Below are positions 25,942 to 35,401 of a DNA stretch of 64,000 bases, piece after piece. How positions within the stretch are numbered: position 1 is the first letter of the stretch; every line of letters starts with the position of its first letter. Source of the DNA: an uncultured Saprospiraceae bacterium (GTDB lineage Bacteria > Bacteroidota > Bacteroidia > Chitinophagales > Saprospiraceae); assembly GCA_964589365.1 (NCBI GenBank), contig CAZPTQ010000002.1, positions 4,746 to 68,745 of the forward strand. Reading direction: 5' to 3'. The notes beneath the pieces were generated by a model. That model had not been told where the DNA came from. It made no database searches and worked only from the letters and a program-made list of their open reading frames with translations. Both the position numbers and the translations under genes were made by a program.

Positions 25942-26985
25942 CCACATTTCATTCATGCTGCTCCCAATCATATTCTTCCATGCCTTTTCGGGATGTTCGC
26001 CCACTTTCTTGAGCAATTCTAATTGGTGCGGGGAGAGTAGTTCATCAGGCGTAAGACGTTTGCCAACGAGGTTATTTGCACGGCAGGCTTGTAAAGAGGT
26101 CATCGGAATAAACCGATATTCCGTTTGAGAAAGGTAATATTTTGGTTCGCGGTCAGCGCGAAAACCCTGATTTTTAGCGCAAGCAGTCATGCTTTTAGGA
26201 AGGGTCTGTCGTTCCAAATCGGCGCGGCTGGTCACGGATGGGTCGAATTGGACTTTCACCACTTCTTTCCCATCTTGAAAACCCGGCTCGGTTTCTATCA
26301 CTCCGGGAATTGCGCCGAATGTACCTTCGCCTGTCCAAAAGCAGTACATCGAAAAGGTGGCAGTTTCCAATCCGGCCTCACGGGCTGAAAGTTCTTCTTC
26401 TAAAAGTTCGAGGTAGCGCGCGGCAATTGTACCAGTCAAATCTAGGGCACGTCGCATGCCGTTTACGAGTTGGAGCGAGGAATTGAAATTGGGCATTCGC
26501 AATACAACATCTTGGTTGTCAGCGCGGACGATGCGGATTACGGGGTTGTTCCAGGCTGGCTCACCAAAAGTTCGGAGTGCTTCAGCATCTTTTCCGCCCT
26601 TGTTGTTGAAAATGCAGACGGGCACAAAATAGGTCTCAATGGCCTCCACAATGAGCGGGTTGGAGAGGGTCGTATTACCGTAGCGGGTGCAGTTGGAGCA
26701 GCCAGGCACCTCTTGGAAAAGCAGGAGTATGGGCTTGCCGGATTTTTGGGATTCAGCACGGCCCGCATCAAGGTCACGGAGCCAATGGACTCGGCCTAGT
26801 TCCTCTGGATCACCCGCCGTAGCACGAAGTGCGAAGGAGGGTTGGGTTGGTAACTGGTTGATTGGGGATTGGTGACTGGCGTTTGGCCCGTTTTCTGACG
26901 CCGTTAAAATTGGGTTTTTTGGAATAAATAAAGCCGCGACCAATGCCGAAATAGTGAGCGCGGAGCACAACGAAAGGAGTTTCAT
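25933..26985 (-). CDS. secreted thioredoxin-fold (VPGCxxT motif) protein fused to an MsrA-like domain
   Basis: 350 aa. Signal peptide, then KPILLLFQEVPGCSNCTRYG (thioredoxin-like, matching the VPG[C/U]xxT pattern). The C-terminal half ATFSMYCFWTGEGTFGAIPGVIETEPGF...VKVQFDPSV resembles the MsrA GCFWG core. Confidence 0.8.
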   Translation of the reverse strand: MKLLSLCSALTISALVAALFIPKNPILTASENGPNASHQSPINQLPTQPSFALRATAGDPEELGRVHWLRDLDAGRAESQKSGKPILLLFQEVPGCSNCTRYGNTTLSNPLIVEAIETYFVPVCIFNNKGGKDAEALRTFGEPAWNNPVIRIVRADNQDVVLRMPNFNSSLQLVNGMRRALDLTGTIAARYLELLEEELSAREAGLETATFSMYCFWTGEGTFGAIPGVIETEPGFQDGKEVVKVQFDPSVTSRADLERQTLPKSMTACAKNQGFRADREPKYYLSQTEYRFIPMTSLQACRANNLVGKRLTPDELLSPHQLELLKKVGEHPEKAWKNMIGSSMNEMWSM

Positions 26986-27059
26986 ATTAATCTTTACGTT
27001 TGGATTTAAACATTAAGCGAGCAATAGGCCTTTTAGTGTCAAACAAAACTTATTAAAAC

Positions 27060-27773
27060 ATGGAGTGGATCGCCGATCCTGATATCTGGATTGCATTTTT
27101 TACGCTTTGCGCGCTTGAAATCGTGCTTGGAATTGACAATATTATTTTCATTTCTATCCTTACCAGCCGACTGCCGGAAAATCAACAAGCAAGAGGCCGC
27201 CGTATCGGCCTCGCACTGGCGATGTTTACACGCATCGCGCTACTTTTATCATTGGCCTGGATGATGAAACTTACAGCGCCCATTTTGGTTGTCGGAAGCA
27301 ATGAAATCAGTGGTCGAGATCTTATTTTGTTGGTTGGAGGTCTTTTTTTGATGTACAAAAGCGTCAATGAAATCCACGCAAAGGTGGAAGAAACCGATCA
27401 GCCTACCAAAAAAGTCCGCAAGGCTAAGTTTTCTACCATTATCGTGCAGATTATTTTGGTGGATATTGTGTTTTCGCTCGATTCGGTCATTACAGCAGTA
27501 GGTATGGTAGATCAAATTGGGGTTATGGTTGCTGCCGTGGTCACCTCAGTAGCAGTGATGATGGTTGCGGCCGGGCCTATCAGCAATTTTGTAAACAAAC
27601 ACCCCACTGTAAAAGTGCTGGCACTGGCGTTTTTGATCATGATCGGGGTAGCACTTATCGGTGAAGGGCTGGGGTTCCATATTCCGAAGGGCTACATTTA
27701 TTTTTCTATGGCCTTTTCTGTGGGGGTGGAATTTGTCAATATCCGGCTCAAAAGCCGATCTGCAACATCCTAA
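27060..27773 (+). CDS. TerC family integral membrane protein
   Basis: 237 aa. LEIVLGIDNIIFISIL and VDIVFSLDSVITAVG are the paired TerC motifs. Confidence 0.9.
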   Translation: MEWIADPDIWIAFFTLCALEIVLGIDNIIFISILTSRLPENQQARGRRIGLALAMFTRIALLLSLAWMMKLTAPILVVGSNEISGRDLILLVGGLFLMYKSVNEIHAKVEETDQPTKKVRKAKFSTIIVQIILVDIVFSLDSVITAVGMVDQIGVMVAAVVTSVAVMMVAAGPISNFVNKHPTVKVLALAFLIMIGVALIGEGLGFHIPKGYIYFSMAFSVGVEFVNIRLKSRSATS

Positions 27774-27872
27774 ACGCTTGCTATTGAATAGACTTTTGCT
27801 TCCCTTGGTAGGTTCTATGAATCGTTTTCGGAGAGGCGAACTACCTTTCGGTCCGCCGAATTTTTTTGTCTA

Positions 27873-30167
27873 ATGAAAATAACATTATCAAAATACACCC
27901 CATCTGGGCAGTGTCTTATCGTGGTCGCAATGTTTTGCATTGCGCTCATTCCGTTCGAGGTTCTTTCACAAACTCCTAAAAGCATCACGCTCGACGACTG
28001 CTTTACGTTTTACAAATTTTTCCCACAAACTGGCGCAGACTTTCAATACCTCCAGAATGGAGCGCACTATGTGGAAGCCACCCACAACGGAAACCTGCAT
28101 ATCCGCGACGTTCGCGATGAAAAATTAGATTCCACCATCACACTTAAGCTCTCCGACAAAGCCATGGGCTTTGACCAGTTCGAGTTCAGCGAAGACGAAA
28201 CGAAACTCTTGCTCCGCACCGAGACGGAACCCGTTTACCGCCATTCGGTGCTTGCCAATTATTTCGTGTACGATTTTAAAACCAATTCGACAGAGCCGGT
28301 TTTTGAAAAGGGGAAACAGCAATTTGTGGCTTTCTCTCCAGATGGAAGCAAGCTGGCATTCGTTTTTGAAAACAACCTGTACGTCAAGGATTTAGTCGCC
28401 AATAAGATTATTCAAATCACCCAAGACGGAGCAGCCAACAAAATTATCAATGGCATTCCCGACTGGGTTTACGAAGAAGAGTTCAGCCCTGTGGAGAGCG
28501 ACGGTATGGTGGCCACCCGTTGGAGTCCCGATGGCACGATGCTGGCCTTTATTCGCTTTGACGAAACAGCAGTGCCAGAAATGTCACTCAGCTGGTATGA
28601 AGGCGGGGCCTATCCGCGTCGCAGTACGTTTAAATACCCCAAAGTTGGGGAGGCCAATTCGGTGGTAAGCGTCCATCTCTACGATCTGAAAACGCAAGGT
28701 ATGTTGGGCAAATTGATGGGTCTGGAATCCAGCGACTATTGCCCACGAATTCATTGGACAGCAGATAATCAATTGGTGATGACCCGCTTGAACCGCCAAC
28801 AAGACACGCTCGACCTGCTATTCGCCTTGCCAGATCGAAGCATTTATGTTCAAGAAGACCAGACAAACTGGATCCCCACGCGATTGCTTTTGGAAGAAAC
28901 CGACCCGGCATATGTGGAAATCGAATCAGAAAACAAACTGTTTTTTTTGAAAGACAATCGCCACTTTTTGTGGATGAGCGAGCGCAGCGGCTGGCAGCAT
29001 ATTTATCGGTACAGCTTAAGCCCAAATGCGCCAGCGGAGGAGCGGGGAGTCGAACTTACGAAGGGCAATTTTGACATAACTGCCTTCTATGGGGTGGACG
29101 AAAAAAAGGGCAAATTTTACTTTCAGGCCGCCACGCCTACACCGCTCGACCGACAGATTTGGGAGGGCGACCTGAACGGCGGCGACGCTCGCTTGCTCAC
29201 CCCATCAAGTGGTACGCATGAGGCTGCCTTTAGCCCGACGTTTGACTACTTCACCCACATTTGGTCTAATGCAAATACGCCGCCGGTGGTACATATTTGC
29301 GACCGAAACGACGATACATTACGGGTGATCAACAAAAACGAGCGGGTGAAAAGACTCCGAAAGGAATACGGTTTTGTCCAAAAGGAGTTTTTCCAAATAC
29401 CGATAAAAAGCACCTCTCCTGAGGGAGGGGGCTGGGAGGGGGTTTTGAATGGCTGGATGTTGCGCCCTGCGGTGTTGGACACCCTCAAAAAATACCCGAT
29501 TTTGTTCGATTGTTACGGCGGCCCAAACTCTCAAACTGTTCAAAACCAATACGATGGATACATGGACAGCTGGCGCCAGATGCTGGTACAAAAGGGCTAC
29601 GTCGTGGTCAGCGTAGACAATCGCGGCACAGGCGCTCGAGGCAGCGATTTCCGAAAATGCACACAACTCCAACTCGGCAAATTAGAAACAGAAGACCAGA
29701 TCGCCGCCGCCCGTTATCTCGGATCGCAGCCATGGGCTGACCCAAACCGAATCGGCATCTGGGGCTGGAGTTTTGGCGGCTACCTCAGCACCTCCTGTAT
29801 TTTGAAAGGAGCAGACGTGTTCAGGATGGCTATGGCGGTGGCGCCAGTTACCAATTGGAAATGGTATGATTCGGCTTATACAGAACGATATATGCACACC
29901 ACTGCCAACAATGAAAAAGGATACGAGGAAAATTCGCCGCTCAATTTCGCCGACCGGTTGCGGGGCGACAATTACCTGATTTGCCACGGTGTCACGGACG
30001 ATAACGTGCATTGGCAACAAACGGTGGAAATGATTGATGCGCTGATCAAAGCCAATAAGCAGTTTGAGACCTATTACTACCCTAATCGGAATCATGGGAT
30101 TTATGGGGAGAATGCTACGAAGCACTTGTTTACTAAGCTTACGGATTTTGTGATGAAGAAGCTTTGA
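27873..30167 (+). CDS. dipeptidyl-peptidase IV (S9B serine peptidase)
   Basis: 764 aa. N-terminal DPP-IV beta-propeller (GIPDWVYEEEF), catalytic GWSFGGYL, HGVTDDNVH. Confidence 0.92.
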   Translation: MKITLSKYTPSGQCLIVVAMFCIALIPFEVLSQTPKSITLDDCFTFYKFFPQTGADFQYLQNGAHYVEATHNGNLHIRDVRDEKLDSTITLKLSDKAMGFDQFEFSEDETKLLLRTETEPVYRHSVLANYFVYDFKTNSTEPVFEKGKQQFVAFSPDGSKLAFVFENNLYVKDLVANKIIQITQDGAANKIINGIPDWVYEEEFSPVESDGMVATRWSPDGTMLAFIRFDETAVPEMSLSWYEGGAYPRRSTFKYPKVGEANSVVSVHLYDLKTQGMLGKLMGLESSDYCPRIHWTADNQLVMTRLNRQQDTLDLLFALPDRSIYVQEDQTNWIPTRLLLEETDPAYVEIESENKLFFLKDNRHFLWMSERSGWQHIYRYSLSPNAPAEERGVELTKGNFDITAFYGVDEKKGKFYFQAATPTPLDRQIWEGDLNGGDARLLTPSSGTHEAAFSPTFDYFTHIWSNANTPPVVHICDRNDDTLRVINKNERVKRLRKEYGFVQKEFFQIPIKSTSPEGGGWEGVLNGWMLRPAVLDTLKKYPILFDCYGGPNSQTVQNQYDGYMDSWRQMLVQKGYVVVSVDNRGTGARGSDFRKCTQLQLGKLETEDQIAAARYLGSQPWADPNRIGIWGWSFGGYLSTSCILKGADVFRMAMAVAPVTNWKWYDSAYTERYMHTTANNEKGYEENSPLNFADRLRGDNYLICHGVTDDNVHWQQTVEMIDALIKANKQFETYYYPNRNHGIYGENATKHLFTKLTDFVMKKL

Positions 30168-30185
30168 ATTAGTGCAATTAAGTGA

Positions 30186-30290
30186 GAAGACAAATTTATT
30201 TCACGCGACGACGCAACGACACAACATTTTGATAATCAAGCAACTAAAACGTTGTGTCGTTGCGTCGTCGTGTGAAATAAATTTGTCTTC
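30186..30290. repeat. 40-bp-stem inverted repeat between convergent genes
   Basis: gaagacaaatttatttcacgcgacgacgcaacgacacaac (30186-30225) pairs with gttgtgtcgttgcgtcgtcgtgtgaaataaatttgtcttc (30251-30290). There is one G-T mismatch and a 25-nt loop. Confidence 0.9.
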
Positions 30291-30294
30291 GTAC

Positions 30295-31053
30295 TTATTT
30301 CCAAAAAACATCCCAGGCAAACCTTGCCACAATTCCTGCCACCACCACCAGAAAAACCTGACGGATAAAAGCATTTCCACGCAGCACAGCCATTCGACTG
30401 CCCAGATAAGCGCCCGCTACATTGCAGGCCATCATAGGCAGGGCAAGATGAAAAAGGATATATTTGTTCATCAGGAAAAAAATGAGCGAGGAGACATCCG
30501 CCACCACATTGATGATTTTGGAAATGGCCGAGGACGATAAAAAACTGTACCCGATAACGCTTACAAAGCCAAATACCAACAAACTCCCGGTACCCGGGCC
30601 AATAAATCCATTGTAAAAGCCCAGTGTTGCGCCAATGCCAGCCGCCCACCAACCCAGTTTTTCCGGCGCGACATTGAATTGTTCCTGGTGCCCAAAATCC
30701 TTCTTTCGATAGGTGTAAATCGCGATGACGATAATTAGAACAAGGATGATCGGTTTCAATACTTCGGAGGGAAGGAGGCTTTGCAGCGTAGCCCCGAAAT
30801 AAGAAAAGACAGATGCTGGTATTCCGGCATAAAGCACCGTCTTCCAAGGGATTTTTACACTCCGGGAGTAGTTCCATGCTGCCACTGAGGTGCCTACCGC
30901 CGAAGCCAAACGATTGGTTCCGATAATGTTTGGCACCGAAAGCTGAGGATATAACACAAAGAAAGCAGGCACCTGCACAAGCCCACCACCGCCTACGATG
31001 CTGTCAATAAATCCGGCGAGAAAGGCGAAGGCGCAGAGGAGGTAAAGTTCCAT
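30295..31053 (-). CDS. TauE/SafE family sulfite-exporter-like membrane protein
   Basis: ORF 30295..31068 has a TTG start; the ATG is at 31053 (MELYLLCAFAFLAGFIDSIVGGGGLVQVP). Confidence 0.85.
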   Translation of the reverse strand: MELYLLCAFAFLAGFIDSIVGGGGLVQVPAFFVLYPQLSVPNIIGTNRLASAVGTSVAAWNYSRSVKIPWKTVLYAGIPASVFSYFGATLQSLLPSEVLKPIILVLIIVIAIYTYRKKDFGHQEQFNVAPEKLGWWAAGIGATLGFYNGFIGPGTGSLLVFGFVSVIGYSFLSSSAISKIINVVADVSSLIFFLMNKYILFHLALPMMACNVAGAYLGSRMAVLRGNAFIRQVFLVVVAGIVARFAWDVFWK

Positions 31054-31094
31054 AAGTATAGCCCGCAAGGATACGCCAAAAGATATATTTCAGC

Positions 31095-34000
31095 TCACTT
31101 CCCCACCACCAACTGCCCAAACCGCATATACCCCTCATTTTCAATCCGATAAGCATACGCTCCGACAGGCAAACCTGTTAAAGACAGCACCGCTTCACGC
31201 TCAAATTTTAGCACCCGCACCTGATTCCCTTTCGCGTCGAAAAGCCGGAATGTACAGTTTCCCGGTGCACCCGAACGTAATTGCAAAGTGCCGCTCTCGG
31301 CTACTGGATTGGGGAATGGTGGTAGCACGGCGTTTACGCCGTCAGGAAGAGGGGTGTTTACACCCCGTAATGCCGCCGTAAACGGCGCATTTCCCGACGG
31401 CGTAAAAGCCGTGCTACCGGTCTTCAACTCCACCAGCCCCGGCAATTCAAGCCAAAATTGCCCCGCCGCTTTCAACTGATTGTTGCTCGTGAAGCCCAAT
31501 GCAGCGTTTGGGCCTTCGTTCAGCACGTCGGCAGCATCGAGATTTTGCCACAGGGGTCCGTGTGCTACCTGGCCGCGCCGCCAAAGTTTACAGGAGGCGG
31601 CGGGCAAATCTGCAGGCATCGCGCCGATTTCGGTGAACCAAATTTCTGAGGGTGCGACAAAGGTGGCATTCGTTCCGTAATTCTGCAAAATCCAGTAATC
31701 TGTTGAATTAGAATGCACTATGCCCGGAATCGTATCGGGCGCGACACTCAGGCGCGACACGACCACCTCTCCATTAGGGTAAGTACCAGTAGCTGGAAAC
31801 ACCAGAGTTAGTCCGGTACCATTGAAGGTGTAACGTTTTTTCCCAAGTGCTATGTTAAGGCGCTTGCTTACGCCTTTGCCTACAGGAGCCGTAGATTTTT
31901 CCCGCTTCACCGTCGGACCTGCCAGCGATCCGTGACGTACGCCCACACGGTCGAGCGCAGGCCCGTTGGCTTCGTTGAATTGGTAATAGCTCACCAGATT
32001 CGGGAATTCCTCTGGTGCTTTGGTCAGGTGCATGAGTTCGCGTATTTCCTCCTGCGTCAGGGATTTGTCGAAGATGCACACCTCGTCCATAGAGCCTTTT
32101 ACAAAACGACCGCCCCAGCCTTTGTAATTGCCGAGTCGGTTGCCAGAGTCGAAAATCACCGGCAAAACATTAAAACTTTGCTTGGATGCTCGGCCATTGA
32201 GGTAGAGTGTAATGCCAGAGGGTTCTACCACCATTGCCACATGACTCCATTCGCCGGACGGGGCGATAAGGCCGCTGTTCCACCACCATTGTCCGCCCGG
32301 CCAGTGAAGGCCAAGGGAGTTGTCGCCGGGACGAAAGTTGAACCCAGCGGTCTCGCCATCGTGCATAAAAATTGCACTGTACTCGGGTTGGATGCCCTCA
32401 GGTTTTATCCACGCCGTTACTGTCAGGGTATTGGTGTTCAGGTTGAGGGCGGGCGTTGCAATGTAATCCCCAAAGTCATTGCCACCGATGTTTACCGCCG
32501 AACCGGGAATGGTATCAGCACGGCAACCATCGCCGATGCTGATGCTGAGCGATTTGGAGTATTGCCCGTTCAGCGTCAGCGTGGCAGTATAAGTGCCCAC
32601 GTCGCCAAAAACTACTTTCGGGTTGCGAATATTGGTTGCTCCGGACCATTGTGGGGCGGGACTGAACGCCCATTCCCAGCTCGCACCAGAATGATTAACT
32701 ACCGAATAATCATCGAAATAGATGGTATCGCGGGCGCAATTTGCTGACAATGCGCTGGCCATAGGTTGCACCACCACCGCTGAAGGTTCGTACAAATCAG
32801 CTTCCCAAACGCCAAAGCCCCAGCATCCGTTGCGTATTTTTCCGCTTTTGTAAAAGGGTTTTAGTTTGTTGGTTTCTGCCGAAAGCGGAAGCCCAAGGTT
32901 GTAGGGCTGCCAATCGGCCAAACTGTTGTTTCTGTAAAAAATGCCCCTGCTCGTGCCGAGATAAATACCGCCATCAGTACCATATTGTGCCATAATATTG
33001 GCGATGGTGATGTTGTTGAGCACGGCTGTTGTCAAGTTCTGCCAAGACTGGCCACCATCGGTGGTTTTGTAGATTTTTTTCCCATTTGAGCCATAAGAAA
33101 CCGCTGCCCAAAGTAGGTTTTCATTTTCGGCACTGAGCGCCATTTTCACACGGTCGTTGTTGTTCGGTAGGGGAAGGCCCGTTAGTTTTGTCCAGTTCTG
33201 GCCGCCATTGGTGGTTTTCCACATCGAGTCGTCGGTGCCGTCCCATTGTGAGCAGTAGATCACATCGGGGTTGCTGCGACTAATCTCAATTTCAAACACT
33301 GTATTGTCAACGTTGCCGGGGAAAGCATACAGCATGGTGTACGAGCTGCCGCCATCCATGCTTTTCCAGATTTTGTTGCCATTTCCAAGATAGACAATGT
33401 TCCAGCAGCGCGGGTCCCAGGCCATCTCCGAGTTGGCGTAGTATGCATAGCTTTCGTTGGGAAAAAGCCCCACGGGAAAGGAGCTTGCGCCATTTAAGAA
33501 TCCCCCGCGCAATTCATGGCCACCAATATCGGAGTGGTACAACCTTCGATTTTTGCCGGGGTTGACGTAGCCCGTGGGAGATTCTGCGCCTCCCATTCGG
33601 TAAAATTTCCCTTCAGGGAAACTCTCGTGCCAAGCCATGTTGCCGTTGTGATAACGCCCACCCACCAGCACGTCTTCGTTCCATCCCGAGTCAAATCCCC
33701 ACATATCCGAGCCTGAAATACCATTCATCCGCGCCTCCATGCTTTGGCCGAAATTGTTGGAATAATTGATGCCGCCGTCGCTCGTAATCCAGAGATCGTT
33801 GCCGAGAGCGGTGAGGGCCTGAATGTCGGGGTGACTCCAGGAAAGTCCGCCGACATAACCGCCGAGCGGCTCCCAGGTTTGGCCTCCGTTATTGCTTCTG
33901 AACCAGGAACATCCGCCTGCAATCAATTGATTGTCATTGTTTGGGTTCACGATGATCGCCATGTCATAGAAGCCCTGCGTGAACCAATCTACGCCGTTGG

Positions 34001-35189
34001 CATCCATCAAATTGGTGTGCGAGGGGATGGCGTAGGGCTGGCCGATGGCATTGGTGGGGTGGGTGTTCGCCCAGGTGCCACCGCTATTATTGCTCCTGAA
34101 TACCCCAATGTAGCCGCCCAAATTACCCCCTTCACCGCATATATAAGCGTACACTTTCGAAGGGTTAGAAGGGCAGACGGCAATCATCCCTCCCGTTACG
34201 GTCATTCCAGCTATGGGTGTCCACCAACCAGTATTGGAGTTTACGAACGTCGCACCGCCGTCGGTCGAAACCCGGAAATCAGAACCTGTTCCACTCTTTC
34301 GAATGGAAAAAACGGTCAGTGGGACGCCAGGCTTAAATTCCACGGCCCAAGTCTGTTGGGTATGGAGTTTGGACCAGTTCGCCCCCGCATTTGCTGTGCG
34401 AAGCAGGCCTTGGTCGCTGGCTGCCAGAACCACATCGGGTTGGTCAGGTTTGATGGCGATGTCATTCACCCAAAGGCCGCTTTCGCTGTAAACCGTAGCC
34501 CAGCTCGCACCGCCATCGGTGGTTTTGATGATTTTTCCGCTCGTGGCGGCGTACACAGTGTTAGGGTCAGTTGGATGGATTTTCACTGCACCGAAAGAGC
34601 TGTGTAAGACATTCATCGTGAGTAATTGCCAGTGCAAGCCCTTGTCGGAAGTTTTCCACAGGCCACCCGATTCGCCGCCGGCGTAGAGCACATTTGGGTT
34701 GGAAAGCGAGATGTCAATGGAATAAACGTTTGTCTGCCAAGTCAGCTCTGTGAGTCCATCGGTATCAAAGGTTTGTTTGGGGCCCAGAAAGGTCCAGCCA
34801 GCGGAATGATCTTGTTGCCGAGCCTTGGAGCGCAGTTCTAACAGTATAGTTTCTTTCGCCGCAATTTCTTCTATCGTCGGTTCCTTTATCGAACCATCAG
34901 GCTGAACGAAAGGTCTTGCCCAATGCATCCAATGTTTGAAATATTGGGTATAGGAATTTTTCTCAAAGGGTTGATTTTCAAAGTATTCAGCGTAAGCCTT
35001 TTGAATTTCGAGGACATTGGGGCTGTCTTCACTCAAAAGATGTATCCACCTTGGTGCGTCGGGTGTTATGTAGGGTAATGCAGGTTTTTGTTGTGCGATA
35101 AGGAGCGTTGGGAGAAAGAGGAATAGGAATAAGCCCGCCTTCGCTAGGGCTACAGCGGGTAAAGCGGGTAAAAATGTACGGTTTTTCAT
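31095..35189 (-). CDS. large secreted multi-domain protein: BNR/sialidase-like beta-propellers, PKD-like domain, LamG/concanavalin-like domain and T9SS C-terminal sorting domain
   Basis: 1364 aa with a signal peptide. Many Asp-box-like motifs (TTDGGASW, STDGGATF, SNNGGQTW, SMDGGSSY, TTNGGQNW, TTDGGQSW). LamG-like segment (TAWIKPE...MDEVCIFDKSLTQEEI). The C-terminal about 80 aa (FPNPVAESGTLQL...YAYRIENEG...GQLVVGK) is typical of the Por secretion tail. Confidence 0.85.
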   Translation of the reverse strand: MKNRTFLPALPAVALAKAGLFLFLFLPTLLIAQQKPALPYITPDAPRWIHLLSEDSPNVLEIQKAYAEYFENQPFEKNSYTQYFKHWMHWARPFVQPDGSIKEPTIEEIAAKETILLELRSKARQQDHSAGWTFLGPKQTFDTDGLTELTWQTNVYSIDISLSNPNVLYAGGESGGLWKTSDKGLHWQLLTMNVLHSSFGAVKIHPTDPNTVYAATSGKIIKTTDGGASWATVYSESGLWVNDIAIKPDQPDVVLAASDQGLLRTANAGANWSKLHTQQTWAVEFKPGVPLTVFSIRKSGTGSDFRVSTDGGATFVNSNTGWWTPIAGMTVTGGMIAVCPSNPSKVYAYICGEGGNLGGYIGVFRSNNSGGTWANTHPTNAIGQPYAIPSHTNLMDANGVDWFTQGFYDMAIIVNPNNDNQLIAGGCSWFRSNNGGQTWEPLGGYVGGLSWSHPDIQALTALGNDLWITSDGGINYSNNFGQSMEARMNGISGSDMWGFDSGWNEDVLVGGRYHNGNMAWHESFPEGKFYRMGGAESPTGYVNPGKNRRLYHSDIGGHELRGGFLNGASSFPVGLFPNESYAYYANSEMAWDPRCWNIVYLGNGNKIWKSMDGGSSYTMLYAFPGNVDNTVFEIEISRSNPDVIYCSQWDGTDDSMWKTTNGGQNWTKLTGLPLPNNNDRVKMALSAENENLLWAAVSYGSNGKKIYKTTDGGQSWQNLTTAVLNNITIANIMAQYGTDGGIYLGTSRGIFYRNNSLADWQPYNLGLPLSAETNKLKPFYKSGKIRNGCWGFGVWEADLYEPSAVVVQPMASALSANCARDTIYFDDYSVVNHSGASWEWAFSPAPQWSGATNIRNPKVVFGDVGTYTATLTLNGQYSKSLSISIGDGCRADTIPGSAVNIGGNDFGDYIATPALNLNTNTLTVTAWIKPEGIQPEYSAIFMHDGETAGFNFRPGDNSLGLHWPGGQWWWNSGLIAPSGEWSHVAMVVEPSGITLYLNGRASKQSFNVLPVIFDSGNRLGNYKGWGGRFVKGSMDEVCIFDKSLTQEEIRELMHLTKAPEEFPNLVSYYQFNEANGPALDRVGVRHGSLAGPTVKREKSTAPVGKGVSKRLNIALGKKRYTFNGTGLTLVFPATGTYPNGEVVVSRLSVAPDTIPGIVHSNSTDYWILQNYGTNATFVAPSEIWFTEIGAMPADLPAASCKLWRRGQVAHGPLWQNLDAADVLNEGPNAALGFTSNNQLKAAGQFWLELPGLVELKTGSTAFTPSGNAPFTAALRGVNTPLPDGVNAVLPPFPNPVAESGTLQLRSGAPGNCTFRLFDAKGNQVRVLKFEREAVLSLTGLPVGAYAYRIENEGYMRFGQLVVGK

Positions 35190-35401
35190 GCGTAAAAGTG
35201 GAATGTTGATTGCGCAAATATCACGATAAAAGGGTGAGCGGACAAAGCTGTTATGGCTTAAGCCTATTGCTCAAACCCTCCAAGGTTAATCTTCATCTGC
35301 ATTTTACCGCCTTTTATCCAAGTCTTGAGGCCGTCACGCTTGGCAAAATTGACCTTCGCCCCCGAAATCAATTTTTTGATCATCAAAGGCATCAATACAA
35401 A

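Noticed and set aside
26986-27059. Riboswitch (for example the yybP-ykoY Mn type) upstream of the TerC-family gene
   Set aside because: Only 74 nt of AT-rich sequence lies between the divergent genes. That is too short, and it lacks the conserved helices.
30172-30877. ORFs 30172..30540 (+) and 30236..30877 (-)
   Set aside because: They start inside the 40-bp inverted repeat or overlap the TauE/SafE gene out of frame. The sequences are not protein-like.
31932-34607. + strand ORFs 31932..32747 (271 aa) and 33744..34607 (287 aa)
   Set aside because: Both are shadow ORFs antisense to the 1364-aa T9SS cargo gene.
35210-35401. N-terminal extensions of track ORFs (for example 35210, 37050, 53722, 3876, 25078, 43048)
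   Set aside because: The extensions lack signal or TM features and are often read through promoter or terminator sequence. Internal ATGs give canonical N-termini (signal peptides and conserved family starts), so the shorter models were used.
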